IMG/VR virus record: IMGVR_UViG_3300037258_000189
Coordinates: 1-58,169 of that record
From: a virus
Taxonomy: Duplodnaviria; Caudoviricetes
Length of the DNA: 58,169 bases
Reading direction: 5' to 3' (one strand)
Shown: in pieces, positions 16,974 through 26,760 of the stretch
Layout of the letters: each line of letters opens with the position of its first letter
How positions within the stretch are numbered: the stretch's first letter is position 1
Translations under genes and position numbers: made by a program
Notes under the pieces: generated by a model
What the model saw: the letters and a program-made list of their open reading frames with translations, nothing else
The model's database searches: none
Told to the model about the DNA's origin: nothing

Positions 16974-18071
16974 TTACATGTAGCGAGCCCGGACGGCTGC
17001 CGGCAGCGCTTCGATCTCGTCGGTCGTCATCGTGGCGATGCGGCCTTCGTTGATCTCGTTGTCGCTGCCAGCCGTTCCGGCTGCTGCAAGGTTGGGGGGG
17101 TGGTTCGCGAACCGCTGAAGCGGTGCCGCGGCAGGCTGTTGGCCGGGCAGCGCAGCCGGCTGCTGCACTCCGGGTTGGGGTTGCTGACGCTGGGCGAAGC
17201 GCTGCGCCTCGACCTGGGCGATGCGGCTCGGGTAGAGCCACGGTCCCAGGACGTCGGTCATCTGCGCCATGAACGCCCGCAGGCGGAGGGCGTCCGCCGT
17301 GTTGCCGGTGGTGATCGGCGCCCCCGTCTTGGCGAAGAAGTCGATCCCCCAGTTCTCGAGCCAGTTCCACTCCAGGGGCTTGAGCTGCGCGCACCAGGGA
17401 TGCCGCTGCTCGAGGTTGAAGGTGGCCGTGTCGAGGATCTGGGCGTCGGCGATGCCGGGCTGGATCGTCGGCACCTGGGTCTGCACCCAGCGCGCGAGGT
17501 TGCCCTCGCGCAGCGCGGCGATCGCGTTCTGTGCGGCGATCTGGATGCGCGTCAGGTCGGTCGCCAAGATCTCGCCGCGGTCGAACTTGCCCGCGGCTTC
17601 GATCATCGCGTTCTGCTGCGCAAGGATCTGCTGCTCGATCGTCGCCTGTACCGGCTGGGGGGCCGGCGGCTGGGTGCCAGGCTGCGGTGCCGCGGCCGGC
17701 TGTGCGCGCGCAGTGGCGAGCGCGCCCTCCATGTAGAGCGCCCGATTGCGCCATTCCTCGGCCGACGCCCCGTTGGTCCTGGCTGCCGCGAGGGCTTCGT
17801 CCAGACGTTCCTTCGGGATCATGATCGGCTGCGCGCCCGGCTGCGGCGCCGGCTGTGTGCCGGTGGGCTGCTGGACGGGTGCGGGCTGCTGGGCTGGCCG
17901 CTGGCCGTCCTCGAGGTCCGCCGCGCGCCGGGCTGCTGTCAGCGCGGCGTCGTCGAAGTCGGGTGTCGGTGCGGCGGCTGTCTCCGGCGCAAGCGGCACC
18001 GGCTGTTGCGCAGCAGGAAGCGGCGCGCCGCCCGGAAGGCCCGGGAGCGGCGTCGAGAGGCTCGTTGACAT
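16974..18071 (-). CDS. Putative capsid scaffolding protein
   Basis: 365 aa, Gln/Pro/Ala-rich, IPKERLDE coiled-coil motif, immediately upstream of MCP. Confidence 0.6.
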   Translation of the reverse strand: MSTSLSTPLPGLPGGAPLPAAQQPVPLAPETAAAPTPDFDDAALTAARRAADLEDGQRPAQQPAPVQQPTGTQPAPQPGAQPIMIPKERLDEALAAARTNGASAEEWRNRALYMEGALATARAQPAAAPQPGTQPPAPQPVQATIEQQILAQQNAMIEAAGKFDRGEILATDLTRIQIAAQNAIAALREGNLARWVQTQVPTIQPGIADAQILDTATFNLEQRHPWCAQLKPLEWNWLENWGIDFFAKTGAPITTGNTADALRLRAFMAQMTDVLGPWLYPSRIAQVEAQRFAQRQQPQPGVQQPAALPGQQPAAAPLQRFANHPPNLAAAGTAGSDNEINEGRIATMTTDEIEALPAAVRARYM

Positions 18072-18167
18072 GGAAATGTCCCACTATGTCGCGGTTGGGG
18101 TGCGGATACGCCCGCGTCTCGGCCCGGCGGCGGCCCCGACGATTTCGCTCGTCGGCAGCGAACTGTT

Positions 18168-18668
18168 TCAGGACTGGCGGTAGCGGACGATGCCTTCCTG
18201 GTAGCCGCCCTCGCAGCGGTCGGCCATTTCGTCGAGCGTCCACAGGCGGGCGCGCGCCCACGTCTCCGCAAGGTCCGTCACCAGCAGGATCACCGACCGC
18301 TTGTCCTCCTCGGCGTGCTCCTGCCAGCCGCGCCAGACGCTGCTGATGAACCCGTTCACCCAGAGGATGACCCAGTGGCCGTAGTGGTGGCTCTCGCCGT
18401 TCAACTTGACGGCGAGGTCGATCATCCGCGCCAGCACGTCGCCGGGCGGCATGCGCGAGGTCGGCACCACGCCGTTGCAGGCGCCCCGGCCGCTCGCCAG
18501 CATGATGCAGGCATACCAGGCGCCCTCGTCGCCGACGGCGCGCTCGATGTCCTCGGCAAGCTCCTGGAACAGCCGTTCGTCCGGGACGCGATGCAGCGGC
18601 CGGCCGCAATCGACCAGCCGCCGCGTCGTTCCGAGGACCGGCAGGAGTTGCCAGCCGTCGAGGGGCAT
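18168..18668 (-). CDS. Hypothetical protein
   Basis: 166 aa in operon, GC3-rich. Confidence 0.5.
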   Translation of the reverse strand: MPLDGWQLLPVLGTTRRLVDCGRPLHRVPDERLFQELAEDIERAVGDEGAWYACIMLASGRGACNGVVPTSRMPPGDVLARMIDLAVKLNGESHHYGHWVILWVNGFISSVWRGWQEHAEEDKRSVILLVTDLAETWARARLWTLDEMADRCEGGYQEGIVRYRQS

Positions 18669-18672
18669 CGGG

Positions 18673-19050
18673 TCAGCCCACGGGCAGCGCCGACGCCGGG
18701 ATCGTCGTCACCGACGGCGCCACGCTGGCCGGCGGCGGGCTCTGCGGCACGCCGGAGACGGCGCCTGTCGCCTTGGCTGCGGCGGTGCAGGCGGACTGCA
18801 CGAAGGCGGCGCTCTCGTTGGTGGCGAGCACCGCGACGATACCGCCGAGCGGCCCGAGCGCCGAGGCTGCGGTGTCGATGGTGGCATTGACCGCCGTGAC
18901 GATCTGGCCGCCGTTCGCGGTCGCCAGCGTGCAGAACAACTGGCCGGGCAGCGTCGCGGCCGCGCTGGTGGCGAGGCTGGTGAGCTGCGAGCAGGCGACG
19001 CCGCCGGCGAGGGCCGCGACGGCGACGCTGGCGAAAAGGAAACGCTTCAT
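18673..19050 (-). CDS. Putative lipoprotein (possible spanin-like lysis accessory)
   Basis: MKRFLFASVAVAALAGGVAC lipobox-type signal peptide. Confidence 0.55.
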   Translation of the reverse strand: MKRFLFASVAVAALAGGVACSQLTSLATSAAATLPGQLFCTLATANGGQIVTAVNATIDTAASALGPLGGIVAVLATNESAAFVQSACTAAAKATGAVSGVPQSPPPASVAPSVTTIPASALPVG

Positions 19051-19074
19051 GGCTGGAAAGTTCCACTTCATGGC

Positions 19075-19605
19075 TCAGGCTCCTGGCTTGGCCGCGGTCG
19101 CGCCGCCAGCGGCCGTCTGTTGCGCGGGTGGTGAGATGCTGACGTTGGGATCGGTCGCCAGTAGACCGCCGAAGGCGTTGAGCACCATCTGCTCGACGTC
19201 GAAGCCGCTCTTGCCGAACAGCTTGATGGCTGCGGGGAAATTGCGGCCCACGTTGTTGACCGCCTGCGCCAGCTCGGGGCTGTGCATGTCGACGGTCGTG
19301 AAGGACTTGCTGGCTGCGGCCAGGGCGCCATACATCCCTTGCGCCTCGTGCTGGACGCCGTCGAGCAATGCCTGTCGCAGGTTTTCGTTCTTGACGTGCT
19401 TGGCCAGAAACGCAGCCACGATCGCCAGCAGCACGGGACCGAGGGCTCCGAGCGCATTCAGCCCAAGCTGCCACCAGGGCGTCAGGTTGACGGCCGCCTG
19501 GCTCACCGCGCCGTCGGCGAAAGCCACGGAGGCGAACAGCACGACGAACGCGACCGCGCACACCACCGCGAACGCGCGGTGGCGCAGCATCATCAGGGCG
19601 AACAT
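19075..19605 (-). CDS. Membrane protein, putative holin-like
   Basis: Two hydrophobic segments (AFAVVCAVAFVVLFASVAFA; LGLNALGALGPVLLAIVAAFL) followed by a soluble helical tail. Confidence 0.4.
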   Translation of the reverse strand: MFALMMLRHRAFAVVCAVAFVVLFASVAFADGAVSQAAVNLTPWWQLGLNALGALGPVLLAIVAAFLAKHVKNENLRQALLDGVQHEAQGMYGALAAASKSFTTVDMHSPELAQAVNNVGRNFPAAIKLFGKSGFDVEQMVLNAFGGLLATDPNVSISPPAQQTAAGGATAAKPGA

Positions 19606-19658
19606 TTGCAGTCTCCGAGGGATTGTGGCGCGCGCGCCGCGCGCCGGTTTCAGTGCCG

Positions 19659-19985
19659 TCAGTGGCGACGGTTCTCGCGGTCATCCAGCATTTCGCGGAT
19701 CTGGTTGAGCGTCGGCTTCTCGGCGAGGATCGTCGCCTGCTTCTCGCGCCAGTCCGCCGACGCCTCGCTCATCTTTCGCAGTTCAGCCCACAGCGCCGCC
19801 ATGCTGTCGCGCCTGATCCTTTCGGCTTCGGTACGGTCGCCGTCGGCCTTCGCGTCCATCGCGTTCAGCCGCATGTGCAGGTGGCCGATGGCCACGCCGA
19901 CGGCGCTGAACAGCAGGCCGCCCAGCGCGATGACGATCTGCCAGAGCCGGTCGGCGCTGGGTTGGCCACCAACGTCCATCGGCAT
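19659..19985 (-). CDS. Single-TM coiled-coil membrane protein (holin-like)
   Basis: LWQIVIALGGLLFSAVGVAIG TM followed by charged helix; GGGAGG SD. Confidence 0.45.
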   Translation of the reverse strand: MPMDVGGQPSADRLWQIVIALGGLLFSAVGVAIGHLHMRLNAMDAKADGDRTEAERIRRDSMAALWAELRKMSEASADWREKQATILAEKPTLNQIREMLDDRENRRH

Positions 19986-20316
19986 TCAGACCCTCCCATG
20001 AAGCGGTCAGGACGCGGGCGCGCCGACGGGCAGGCAGTCGCAGCGGATCACCTCGCCGCGGTGCGGGCCGCCGATGACGCGGTGGCAATCAGCCGGCAGC
20101 GATGGCGGCATGCCGATCTGCGCCGGCCTGGGAGGCGGCCAGCGTGTGGCAGGAGGAGGCACCGGAGCGCCGAACAACGCCGGCCAAGCGTTCCAGCCGC
20201 AGATGAGGGCGAGCAGCGCGAGGCGGGTCACTGGCCGCCGCCGAACTGGGCCGGGTTGCTCGACGGGTAGCGCGCCGTCCCAGGATTGCACCCGAACATC
20301 GGCTCTTCTCGGTTGC

Positions 20317-22137
20317 TCAATACCATATGGCTATCGCCCCGGGTGCCCCCGCCCCTCCGGCAAATGCCGACGCGCCCGTGCTGGCGGCGCCGCTTCCCGA
20401 TCCCCCGTAGCCGCTTGCGGGCGCATTGCCTGCGGAGTTCGTCACCGCCACGCCACCGATCCCCCACGGCGACGGCAACCCGCCACCGCCGGCCGCGCCG
20501 CCGCCGTTCGCCTGCGGGTAAGTGGCGCTTTCAACCGTCATAGCCGCAGTGGGGATGATCGGTGTCGCCGTCGCCTGGATGTAAATGGAAATAGCTGCCT
20601 GAGCCGCCGCATTGCCCGTGGTCGAGCCGGTTCCACCCAGACCGCCCTTGGCGATGAGCGTCGTCGCGCCGTAGGTGAATTGCGTTCCACCCCCAGTGCC
20701 GCCGGGGTTGTTGCCGGTTGCCCCCGGCACGCCGCCGGCAGCAATCGCGTATGTCATCGAGGCGCCTGGGGTCAGCGCCGTCAAGAGCGCGCAGACGAGG
20801 TTCCCCGGAACGCCGCCGGCCGCAACCGCCACGCCCGCCGCAACGCTGCCCCCGGCGCCGCCACCGCCTTGCAGACACACCTTAGCAGCCTGCACACCAG
20901 CCGGCACGGTCCAACTCGTCCCGCTCGTCAGGAGCACGTAGTTGCCGTATGTGTTGCCCTGCGGCGTCACTGCCGTCCATGCGACGGCGTTCCACTCCAT
21001 CAACGTGTGCAGCGTCGTGTCGTAGACGACCAGCCCCTCCACCGGGCTGCCGATAGCGGCCCGCTGCGTGCTCGTCATCCGCGGCGGGGCAAGTCCCTTC
21101 GTCGTACCGCGCATATCCACCACAGCAGACGCGTCGGGCACGGTAGTGCCCCCGAACGTCATGCCCGCTGCGGTCCAGCTTTGCGCGCCGGCATCCTCGT
21201 TGGTGAGGAAATACCTGTTGGTGACGTTCGGCAACGATGACATATCTGGCATATCGTAGGCATAGACGTTCGTGATTGTTCCGTTGTTTACCGGATTAAA
21301 TCCGATATGGTTCATGTAAAGGTTGGTCAAGGCGACGCCGGCGCCGGTGTTCCCCTCGAAATATGCGTCATTGGCATAAGCGCCTACCAGAGCGCCGCTG
21401 CCGGTCATCTCGACAGCGCCTTCGCTACCGATGATGTGATCGAGCGATCCTGACCCGGAATAGTTCGCCTCACCCTTGCAGCCGACGATGTGAGCAGCGA
21501 CGCCGCCCGCGCCGCTTCCGGTAGCTACGTTGTAGCAGTTAACTCCAACAACGGCCCCGGTCGTATTCGCTACCGCAGTCGATGTATTGAACCCGTTTAC
21601 TTCGGTGACAGTGCCGCTCGCCGCGAAGGTAACGGCGTTGGTCGTGAAGATATCGCCGTTTAGCTGGATGTTGCCGAAAGCCGTGTTCGCGTAAACGACG
21701 CTCGCGCCGTTGGCTACAACCGTCGTGGCACCGGCACCGGAAAACTGGGGAACGGTGACGCCGGTGCCCGATGCCGTCTTGACCGTGATGGTGAAGGCGC
21801 CGGTTGACTGGTTTAGCAAATTCCAAACGCCGTTGTTCGGGACGACGAAGGTGACGTTCCCGGTCAACGTTCCAGTAAAAATCAGCGTCGGGTTGCTGTA
21901 TTCTGCTTGCAGTAGCGTGTAGCTCCCAGTCGTTTCCGAAAGGGTGGTGATGCCGAGCGCCGAATTGATGTCCGAGGCCAGCAGCACGATGGCGCCAGCG
22001 CGCTCGTTGAAAGAAGCAACTCCGGCAACTCCAGCAACCGGGCTCTGGTTGACCGCATCTCCGGCGACGTCGCTGTTGGCGGCCGGCGCCCATAGCGCGA
22101 ACGTCAGGCAGCCTAGGATGATGTCGAGGCGCCTCAT
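20317..22137 (-). CDS. Fibre/adhesin-like protein with N-terminal signal-like peptide and Gly-rich C-terminus
   Basis: 606 aa; VASFNERAGAIVL repeat; SAVVDMRGTTKGLAPPRMTSTQRAAIGSPVEGLVVYDTT motif; SGTSWTVPAGV...GGGGAGG...GGAGAPGAIAIWY Gly-rich domain. Confidence 0.6.
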   Translation of the reverse strand: MRRLDIILGCLTFALWAPAANSDVAGDAVNQSPVAGVAGVASFNERAGAIVLLASDINSALGITTLSETTGSYTLLQAEYSNPTLIFTGTLTGNVTFVVPNNGVWNLLNQSTGAFTITVKTASGTGVTVPQFSGAGATTVVANGASVVYANTAFGNIQLNGDIFTTNAVTFAASGTVTEVNGFNTSTAVANTTGAVVGVNCYNVATGSGAGGVAAHIVGCKGEANYSGSGSLDHIIGSEGAVEMTGSGALVGAYANDAYFEGNTGAGVALTNLYMNHIGFNPVNNGTITNVYAYDMPDMSSLPNVTNRYFLTNEDAGAQSWTAAGMTFGGTTVPDASAVVDMRGTTKGLAPPRMTSTQRAAIGSPVEGLVVYDTTLHTLMEWNAVAWTAVTPQGNTYGNYVLLTSGTSWTVPAGVQAAKVCLQGGGGAGGSVAAGVAVAAGGVPGNLVCALLTALTPGASMTYAIAAGGVPGATGNNPGGTGGGTQFTYGATTLIAKGGLGGTGSTTGNAAAQAAISIYIQATATPIIPTAAMTVESATYPQANGGGAAGGGGLPSPWGIGGVAVTNSAGNAPASGYGGSGSGAASTGASAFAGGAGAPGAIAIWY

Positions 22138-22141
22138 CGGA

Positions 22142-22624
22142 TCAGCTCGCCTTCACGGTGATGGTCGCCGACCCGCCGGCAATGCACTTGATCACGCCCG
22201 CCGGCACGAGCCCTAGCGCCGCGTAGTTGATCGACGAACCTTGGCCAATGATGGTGATCGCCGGCGCCGTCCACAGCACTGGGACGGTGCCATCGTCGGT
22301 GCAGGCCATCGTGGCGCTCGCGGTGTTCAGCTCGATCATCAGAACGGTGCGGCGTCCCGTCGGGTTGGTGTTCAGGATGGTCGCCGCGGTGCCGGTCAGG
22401 CTGGTGGTGAGCGGCGTCTCCATGAAGTTGCCGGAGGCGGCGAGGCTGATGTGCCCCGGGATCTTCGTGGTGCCGTCCTTGTCGATCCAGAAGCCGCCAT
22501 AGGTGGCCATGCCTCCCATCGTGCCGACGACGATCTGGGCCGCGCCGCGCAGCGTCGGCACCAGCACGCAGGCGAAGGTCAGGGCGGCCAGGACCACGAG
22601 CGTCCGGGCGGTGAGACGGTTCAT
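22142..22624 (-). CDS. Hypothetical protein with signal peptide
   Basis: MNRLTARTLVVLAALTFACVLVPTLRGAAQ; AGGAG SD. Confidence 0.55.
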   Translation of the reverse strand: MNRLTARTLVVLAALTFACVLVPTLRGAAQIVVGTMGGMATYGGFWIDKDGTTKIPGHISLAASGNFMETPLTTSLTGTAATILNTNPTGRRTVLMIELNTASATMACTDDGTVPVLWTAPAITIIGQGSSINYAALGLVPAGVIKCIAGGSATITVKAS

Positions 22625-22637
22625 CGGGCTCTCCTGG

Positions 22638-24662
22638 TCAGGTGGCCTGCGGCTGGCCTGGCTGGGGCGGGTGCGGTCCCATCGGGCCGGCTGGCGACGG
22701 TGGCGCGCCGTGCGGATGCGGGGAGTGCGCGCCCTGGTGCGGCTGCTGCGCCGGGTGCGGTGCGCCCCCTGGCGCCCCTCCTGGCCGCTGTGCGCCGCCG
22801 CCGGGCGGAACGCCCTGTTGCGCCTGCGCCTGCTCGGCCTGCTGCACGGCCAGCTTCAGCTCGTCTTTGCGGCCCAGCGAGCTTGCGTCGATGATGAAGC
22901 TCGACGGGATCGGAATGCCGACCTGCTGCATGTTCAGCAGCTCGTTGAACTGGCCGGCGAGGAAGCTGTCCGAAAGGCTCGTCTCGTCGATCATCACGTC
23001 GTAGCGGCCGAGCGTGACGTTGTTGATGATGCCCGCCGCGCTGCGCTGGTTGAGGATATGTTCGACGGGCGTCGAGCCGGGCCCGGTGATCCGCACGATC
23101 CGCTGCTCGGTGTAGTGCTGCTGGACCACCTCGAGCTGCTTGCGGCCGAACAGCTCCTTGCTCCGGTGGTAGTTCGAGATGAACAGCTCGAGGCCGATCA
23201 CGGTCTGCTGCTGGCGCGCCTGGATGGCGCGGCCGGAGACGGTGGCCTGATCGACCTGGCCCAGCGCGCTGTCGTTGATGCCGGCGACCTCTTTCATGTC
23301 GCCCTCCGCCTCTTTCTCGAGCTGCTCGATGCTGACCGGCGCCTGGACTGGGCTGATCTGCTGCGGCTCGGACAGGGCTGCATCAGCACCTTTCGTCCAC
23401 TCCAGCATGAGGCCCGGCATGCCGCCTTCCTTCTCGAGGCGGCGTTTCATCTCTGGCGTCAGGCTGCCCTTCTCGTATTTCCAGCCGCTGTTGGAGGTGC
23501 GGCCGATGATGTTGAGCCTGGCCGTGCGCCGGACGTTCACCTCGTCCTGGATCGACAACAGGTCATGCACCATGCCGCGCGTCTTGCCGCGGCGGAAATA
23601 CGGGAAGTAGGGGATCAGCGTCATCGTGTCGTAGGGCGACCACTCGTCGAACACGACGATGTCGCCGATCATGTGGGTCCAGCGCAGCCGCCGGATGCGC
23701 TTGCGCACGACCGCTATGTGCTCGCCGGTCTGTTCGGCCCAGGCCAGAACCTTCTGGACGCGATCGGGACCCCAGTCGTCCGGGATGCGGCGCTGATCTC
23801 CCGTGTCGTAGTCCACGAAAAACCATGCCCAGGTCCGCACGTAGTGCTGGATGTCGAGCATGCGGATGGTTTTTCGGTAGGTGTCGACCCAGTTGTAGAA
23901 CTGGTCGGTGTAGAGCCGCCACGAATTTGGGTTGTCGACGTCGCCGCCGAACTTGCGCCACGGCGTGATTTCTTCGTGGCCCTCGTAGATCGTGCTCGGG
24001 AACTGGTTGAAGGTCATCCCGTTGGTCAGCGGGCGGATCAGGTTCGCCGCCGGGACGCCGTAGAAGTACTCCACCTCGTCGACGCTGATCCAGCGCGAGC
24101 AGGTCACGTGGCTGCCGCTGTTCAGGTCGTACTCGTCGGCGTCCGGGTCGACGTAGACCGTGAACGGGTCGACCGCCTTCCACTGCACGTCGCCGAACAT
24201 GTTGACGTTGAAGTCGAGGCGGCAGTCGTAGTAGCCGCGCCCGGTCAGGATGCCGTCTAGGAACACCTCGCTGTCGACGTAGGCCAGCATGTTCTGCTTG
24301 GCGATCTGCTTGGAAACCGCCGAGAGGACGCTCGCGACCTCGGCCGTGCCGGTGCCGTCATTGCCGGGCAGGTAGGCGCTGTCGGTCTGGTTATTGAGGT
24401 GATACCCCATCACCAGGTTCACCAGAGGCCGGATCTTGTTGATGGTCAGCACCGGGCGGCGCTCGTCGACGAGCTTGCGCAGGTCGCGCTCGGACCACTG
24501 CTTGCCCTCGAAATACTCGACGCACTGCTTGGCCTGCTCCGACCACGTGGACAGCGCGTCGGCCGCCCGCCGGAACCGCTCGGCGTGCTTGATGATCATG
24601 TCCCAGTCCTGGCGCGGCAGCTTTCGCGTCAGCGGGTCGATCAGGACGGTCGAGCCGGACAT
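22638..24662 (-). CDS. Portal protein (P22-like)
   Basis: 674 aa; YFEGKQWS...RPVLTINKIRPLVNLVMG, RGMVHDLLSIQDEVN, SGRAIQARQQQ and GRYDVMID motifs. Confidence 0.9.
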   Translation of the reverse strand: MSGSTVLIDPLTRKLPRQDWDMIIKHAERFRRAADALSTWSEQAKQCVEYFEGKQWSERDLRKLVDERRPVLTINKIRPLVNLVMGYHLNNQTDSAYLPGNDGTGTAEVASVLSAVSKQIAKQNMLAYVDSEVFLDGILTGRGYYDCRLDFNVNMFGDVQWKAVDPFTVYVDPDADEYDLNSGSHVTCSRWISVDEVEYFYGVPAANLIRPLTNGMTFNQFPSTIYEGHEEITPWRKFGGDVDNPNSWRLYTDQFYNWVDTYRKTIRMLDIQHYVRTWAWFFVDYDTGDQRRIPDDWGPDRVQKVLAWAEQTGEHIAVVRKRIRRLRWTHMIGDIVVFDEWSPYDTMTLIPYFPYFRRGKTRGMVHDLLSIQDEVNVRRTARLNIIGRTSNSGWKYEKGSLTPEMKRRLEKEGGMPGLMLEWTKGADAALSEPQQISPVQAPVSIEQLEKEAEGDMKEVAGINDSALGQVDQATVSGRAIQARQQQTVIGLELFISNYHRSKELFGRKQLEVVQQHYTEQRIVRITGPGSTPVEHILNQRSAAGIINNVTLGRYDVMIDETSLSDSFLAGQFNELLNMQQVGIPIPSSFIIDASSLGRKDELKLAVQQAEQAQAQQGVPPGGGAQRPGGAPGGAPHPAQQPHQGAHSPHPHGAPPSPAGPMGPHPPQPGQPQAT

Positions 24663-24704
24663 GCGAGCCCTTTCGGCGTCGGCGGTCTGCGCGCGCGGCG
24701 GCTG

Positions 24705-25151
24705 CTAGCTGATCTTCGCGCCGGCCATCGAGATCCAGGCGCCGGCGGTCAGGCAGATGAAGATCGCCCGCTTGTCGGCCGCCATCGCATTGCCGGTCGC
24801 AGTGGCGACGCCGTCGATGGTGTCGCCGGCGTTGGTCGCCGGGTTCAACGCCATGCCGAACACGGTGGTGCTGTCGGCGCCGTCGTTGACCAGATAGACG
24901 AACGTTCCCGGGATTGCCTGCGGCAGCACGCAGGCGTCGGTGTTGTTGGCGACCGTCGCCAGCCGGTTCATCCCAGGGTTGAGCTGCGTCGCCGCGGTCT
25001 GGCTGCCGCTGGTGTGCGCCGTCAGGCCGTTCTGGGTGTCCTGCGGCAGGCCGCCCTTCAGCGCGTTGGCAACCGCAGTCTGGTTGACGATGAACGATCC
25101 CGCTGACGCCAGGAGGGCCTGGGCGGCGGTCGATGTGGTGGTCACGGCCAT
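24705..25151 (-). CDS. Putative structural protein
   Basis: 148 aa Ala/Thr-rich, GGAG SD, between terL and portal. Confidence 0.55.
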   Translation of the reverse strand: MAVTTTSTAAQALLASAGSFIVNQTAVANALKGGLPQDTQNGLTAHTSGSQTAATQLNPGMNRLATVANNTDACVLPQAIPGTFVYLVNDGADSTTVFGMALNPATNAGDTIDGVATATGNAMAADKRAIFICLTAGAWISMAGAKIS

Positions 25152-25166
25152 CTGTTGGCTCTCCCG

Positions 25167-26753
25167 TTAAAAAGCGCGGCTCATCCAAGTGGAGCCGCCG
25201 TCGCGATCGGCGAAGTTGGCGATCTTGTCGGCCGTCTTCTGGCCCTGCGTCTCGCGCTCGACGGGACCGAACGGCATGTAGAACGAATAGGCCAGGGTAT
25301 CGCCGGTGTCCGGAGACGGCAGCCCGCGCGAGGCCATGTCCTCTTTCGTCTCGATCTGAACCTTGTCGCCGCGCTCGGCGAAGCCGTATTCCGGCCCGAT
25401 CAGGTCCTCGAGCAGTTCCTGATCGTCGTCCGGGATCATGCCGCCGTCGGCGAGCCAGTCCCGGGTTGCCCACCACATCTCGGAGCGGCGGTTGAAGAAC
25501 TTCTTCTCCTTGATCGCCTTCGTGCCGCCGAGCACGCCGACAACCTCGTGCCCCATCTCGCGCAGCAGATCGACGACGCCCCCGCCGGAGCCCGCCGCGT
25601 CGCAGAGGATGTGGTCAGGCTCCACGAGTTGTATCCACTCGTCGGCCCGGTAGGCGACCTGCGGTATGGTCATCTCGCGGCTTTTGAACAGCGGCACGAA
25701 ACAGCGCGCCTGGCGCAGCGAGAAGACGATCTGATCGCCGCCCATCCGGGCCACGTCGATGACGAATAGCTTCGGCGCCCACAGGTTCTCGTCGAAGACG
25801 TAGGACTTCAGCCCCTCGCCGCCCTCGTTGATCAGCTTCCTGATCTGGCCGCCGTGGCGCAGCTTGAACCGCCGCCGCGCCTCGTCCACCAGATCCTGCG
25901 AAATGAGCTGGCTTGATCCCGACCTGGGAAACTCGCCCTTGACGCGCACCCGGACGAAATCGCTGTCCTCGCCGTAGTCCTCGATCCAGCCCTGGATCTG
26001 CGCCTGGTTGGCCTTCTTGCAGGTGCGCGTGTCGACCTGCCGGGTGATCCAGCGGTGGCGGAACTGGCGCCATGCCTCGCGGAAGCGCCCGGTGTTGCGC
26101 GTCGGATTGCCGAAGGCGAGGAAGATCGCGCCGTCAGTGGTCATCGCGCCGTCGGCCGCGGTCCAGATGCTGTCGTCGATCGCCGAGGCTTCATCAAATA
26201 TCATCAGCACGTCTGTCTCGTGCGTGCCGGCGAACGCCTCCGAGCGCTCCTTGGTCCAGGGGACCGCCATCGCCTTGTGCGTCTCGGGCCGCGCCTTGAA
26301 GTAGTAGGTGGTCGCCGTCCAGGTGAACCAGTCGGCGTTGAGCGCAAGCCTGTGCCACTTCGCAAGCTCGCGCCACGTCTTGCCGGTGAGCTGGCCCTGG
26401 GTGTTGGCCGTGACGATCACCTGCGGATCGGTGCGGGTGCTCATGAACCAGTGGATGATCCACGCCACCAGCGCCGTCTTGCCGGAGCCGTGGCCTGAGG
26501 ACGTCGCCATCTGGATGGCGCCCAGCGCTGCCCGCTGGATGCCGCGCTTGATGCACTCGCGAGCCAGATCGTCCAGCGTCTCGGCCTGCCACTGGTCCGG
26601 CCCGGTTTCGTCCGCGAGCTTGGTGCCCTCCTCGCCCCACGGGAATACGAACAGCACGAAGCCCAGCGGGTCGTACTTGAACTCGGCGATCTGGTCGGTC
26701 AGCTCCTCCGCGACCGCAGCGGCCGACGGCTCGACGATCTCCCGGCGCGCCAC
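25167..26753 (-). CDS. terL: Terminase large subunit
   Basis: Walker A SSGHGSGKT, Walker B MIFDEAS, GNPTRNTG coupling motif, nuclease IDVARMGGD and SPDTGD. Confidence 0.92.
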   Translation of the reverse strand: MARREIVEPSAAAVAEELTDQIAEFKYDPLGFVLFVFPWGEEGTKLADETGPDQWQAETLDDLARECIKRGIQRAALGAIQMATSSGHGSGKTALVAWIIHWFMSTRTDPQVIVTANTQGQLTGKTWRELAKWHRLALNADWFTWTATTYYFKARPETHKAMAVPWTKERSEAFAGTHETDVLMIFDEASAIDDSIWTAADGAMTTDGAIFLAFGNPTRNTGRFREAWRQFRHRWITRQVDTRTCKKANQAQIQGWIEDYGEDSDFVRVRVKGEFPRSGSSQLISQDLVDEARRRFKLRHGGQIRKLINEGGEGLKSYVFDENLWAPKLFVIDVARMGGDQIVFSLRQARCFVPLFKSREMTIPQVAYRADEWIQLVEPDHILCDAAGSGGGVVDLLREMGHEVVGVLGGTKAIKEKKFFNRRSEMWWATRDWLADGGMIPDDDQELLEDLIGPEYGFAERGDKVQIETKEDMASRGLPSPDTGDTLAYSFYMPFGPVERETQGQKTADKIANFADRDGGSTWMSRAF

Positions 26754-26760
26754 GAAACGG

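Noticed and set aside
5561-22137. Diversity-generating retroelement or invertible tail-fibre switch
   Set aside because: No reverse transcriptase, no template/variable repeat pair and no invertase with inverted sites seen
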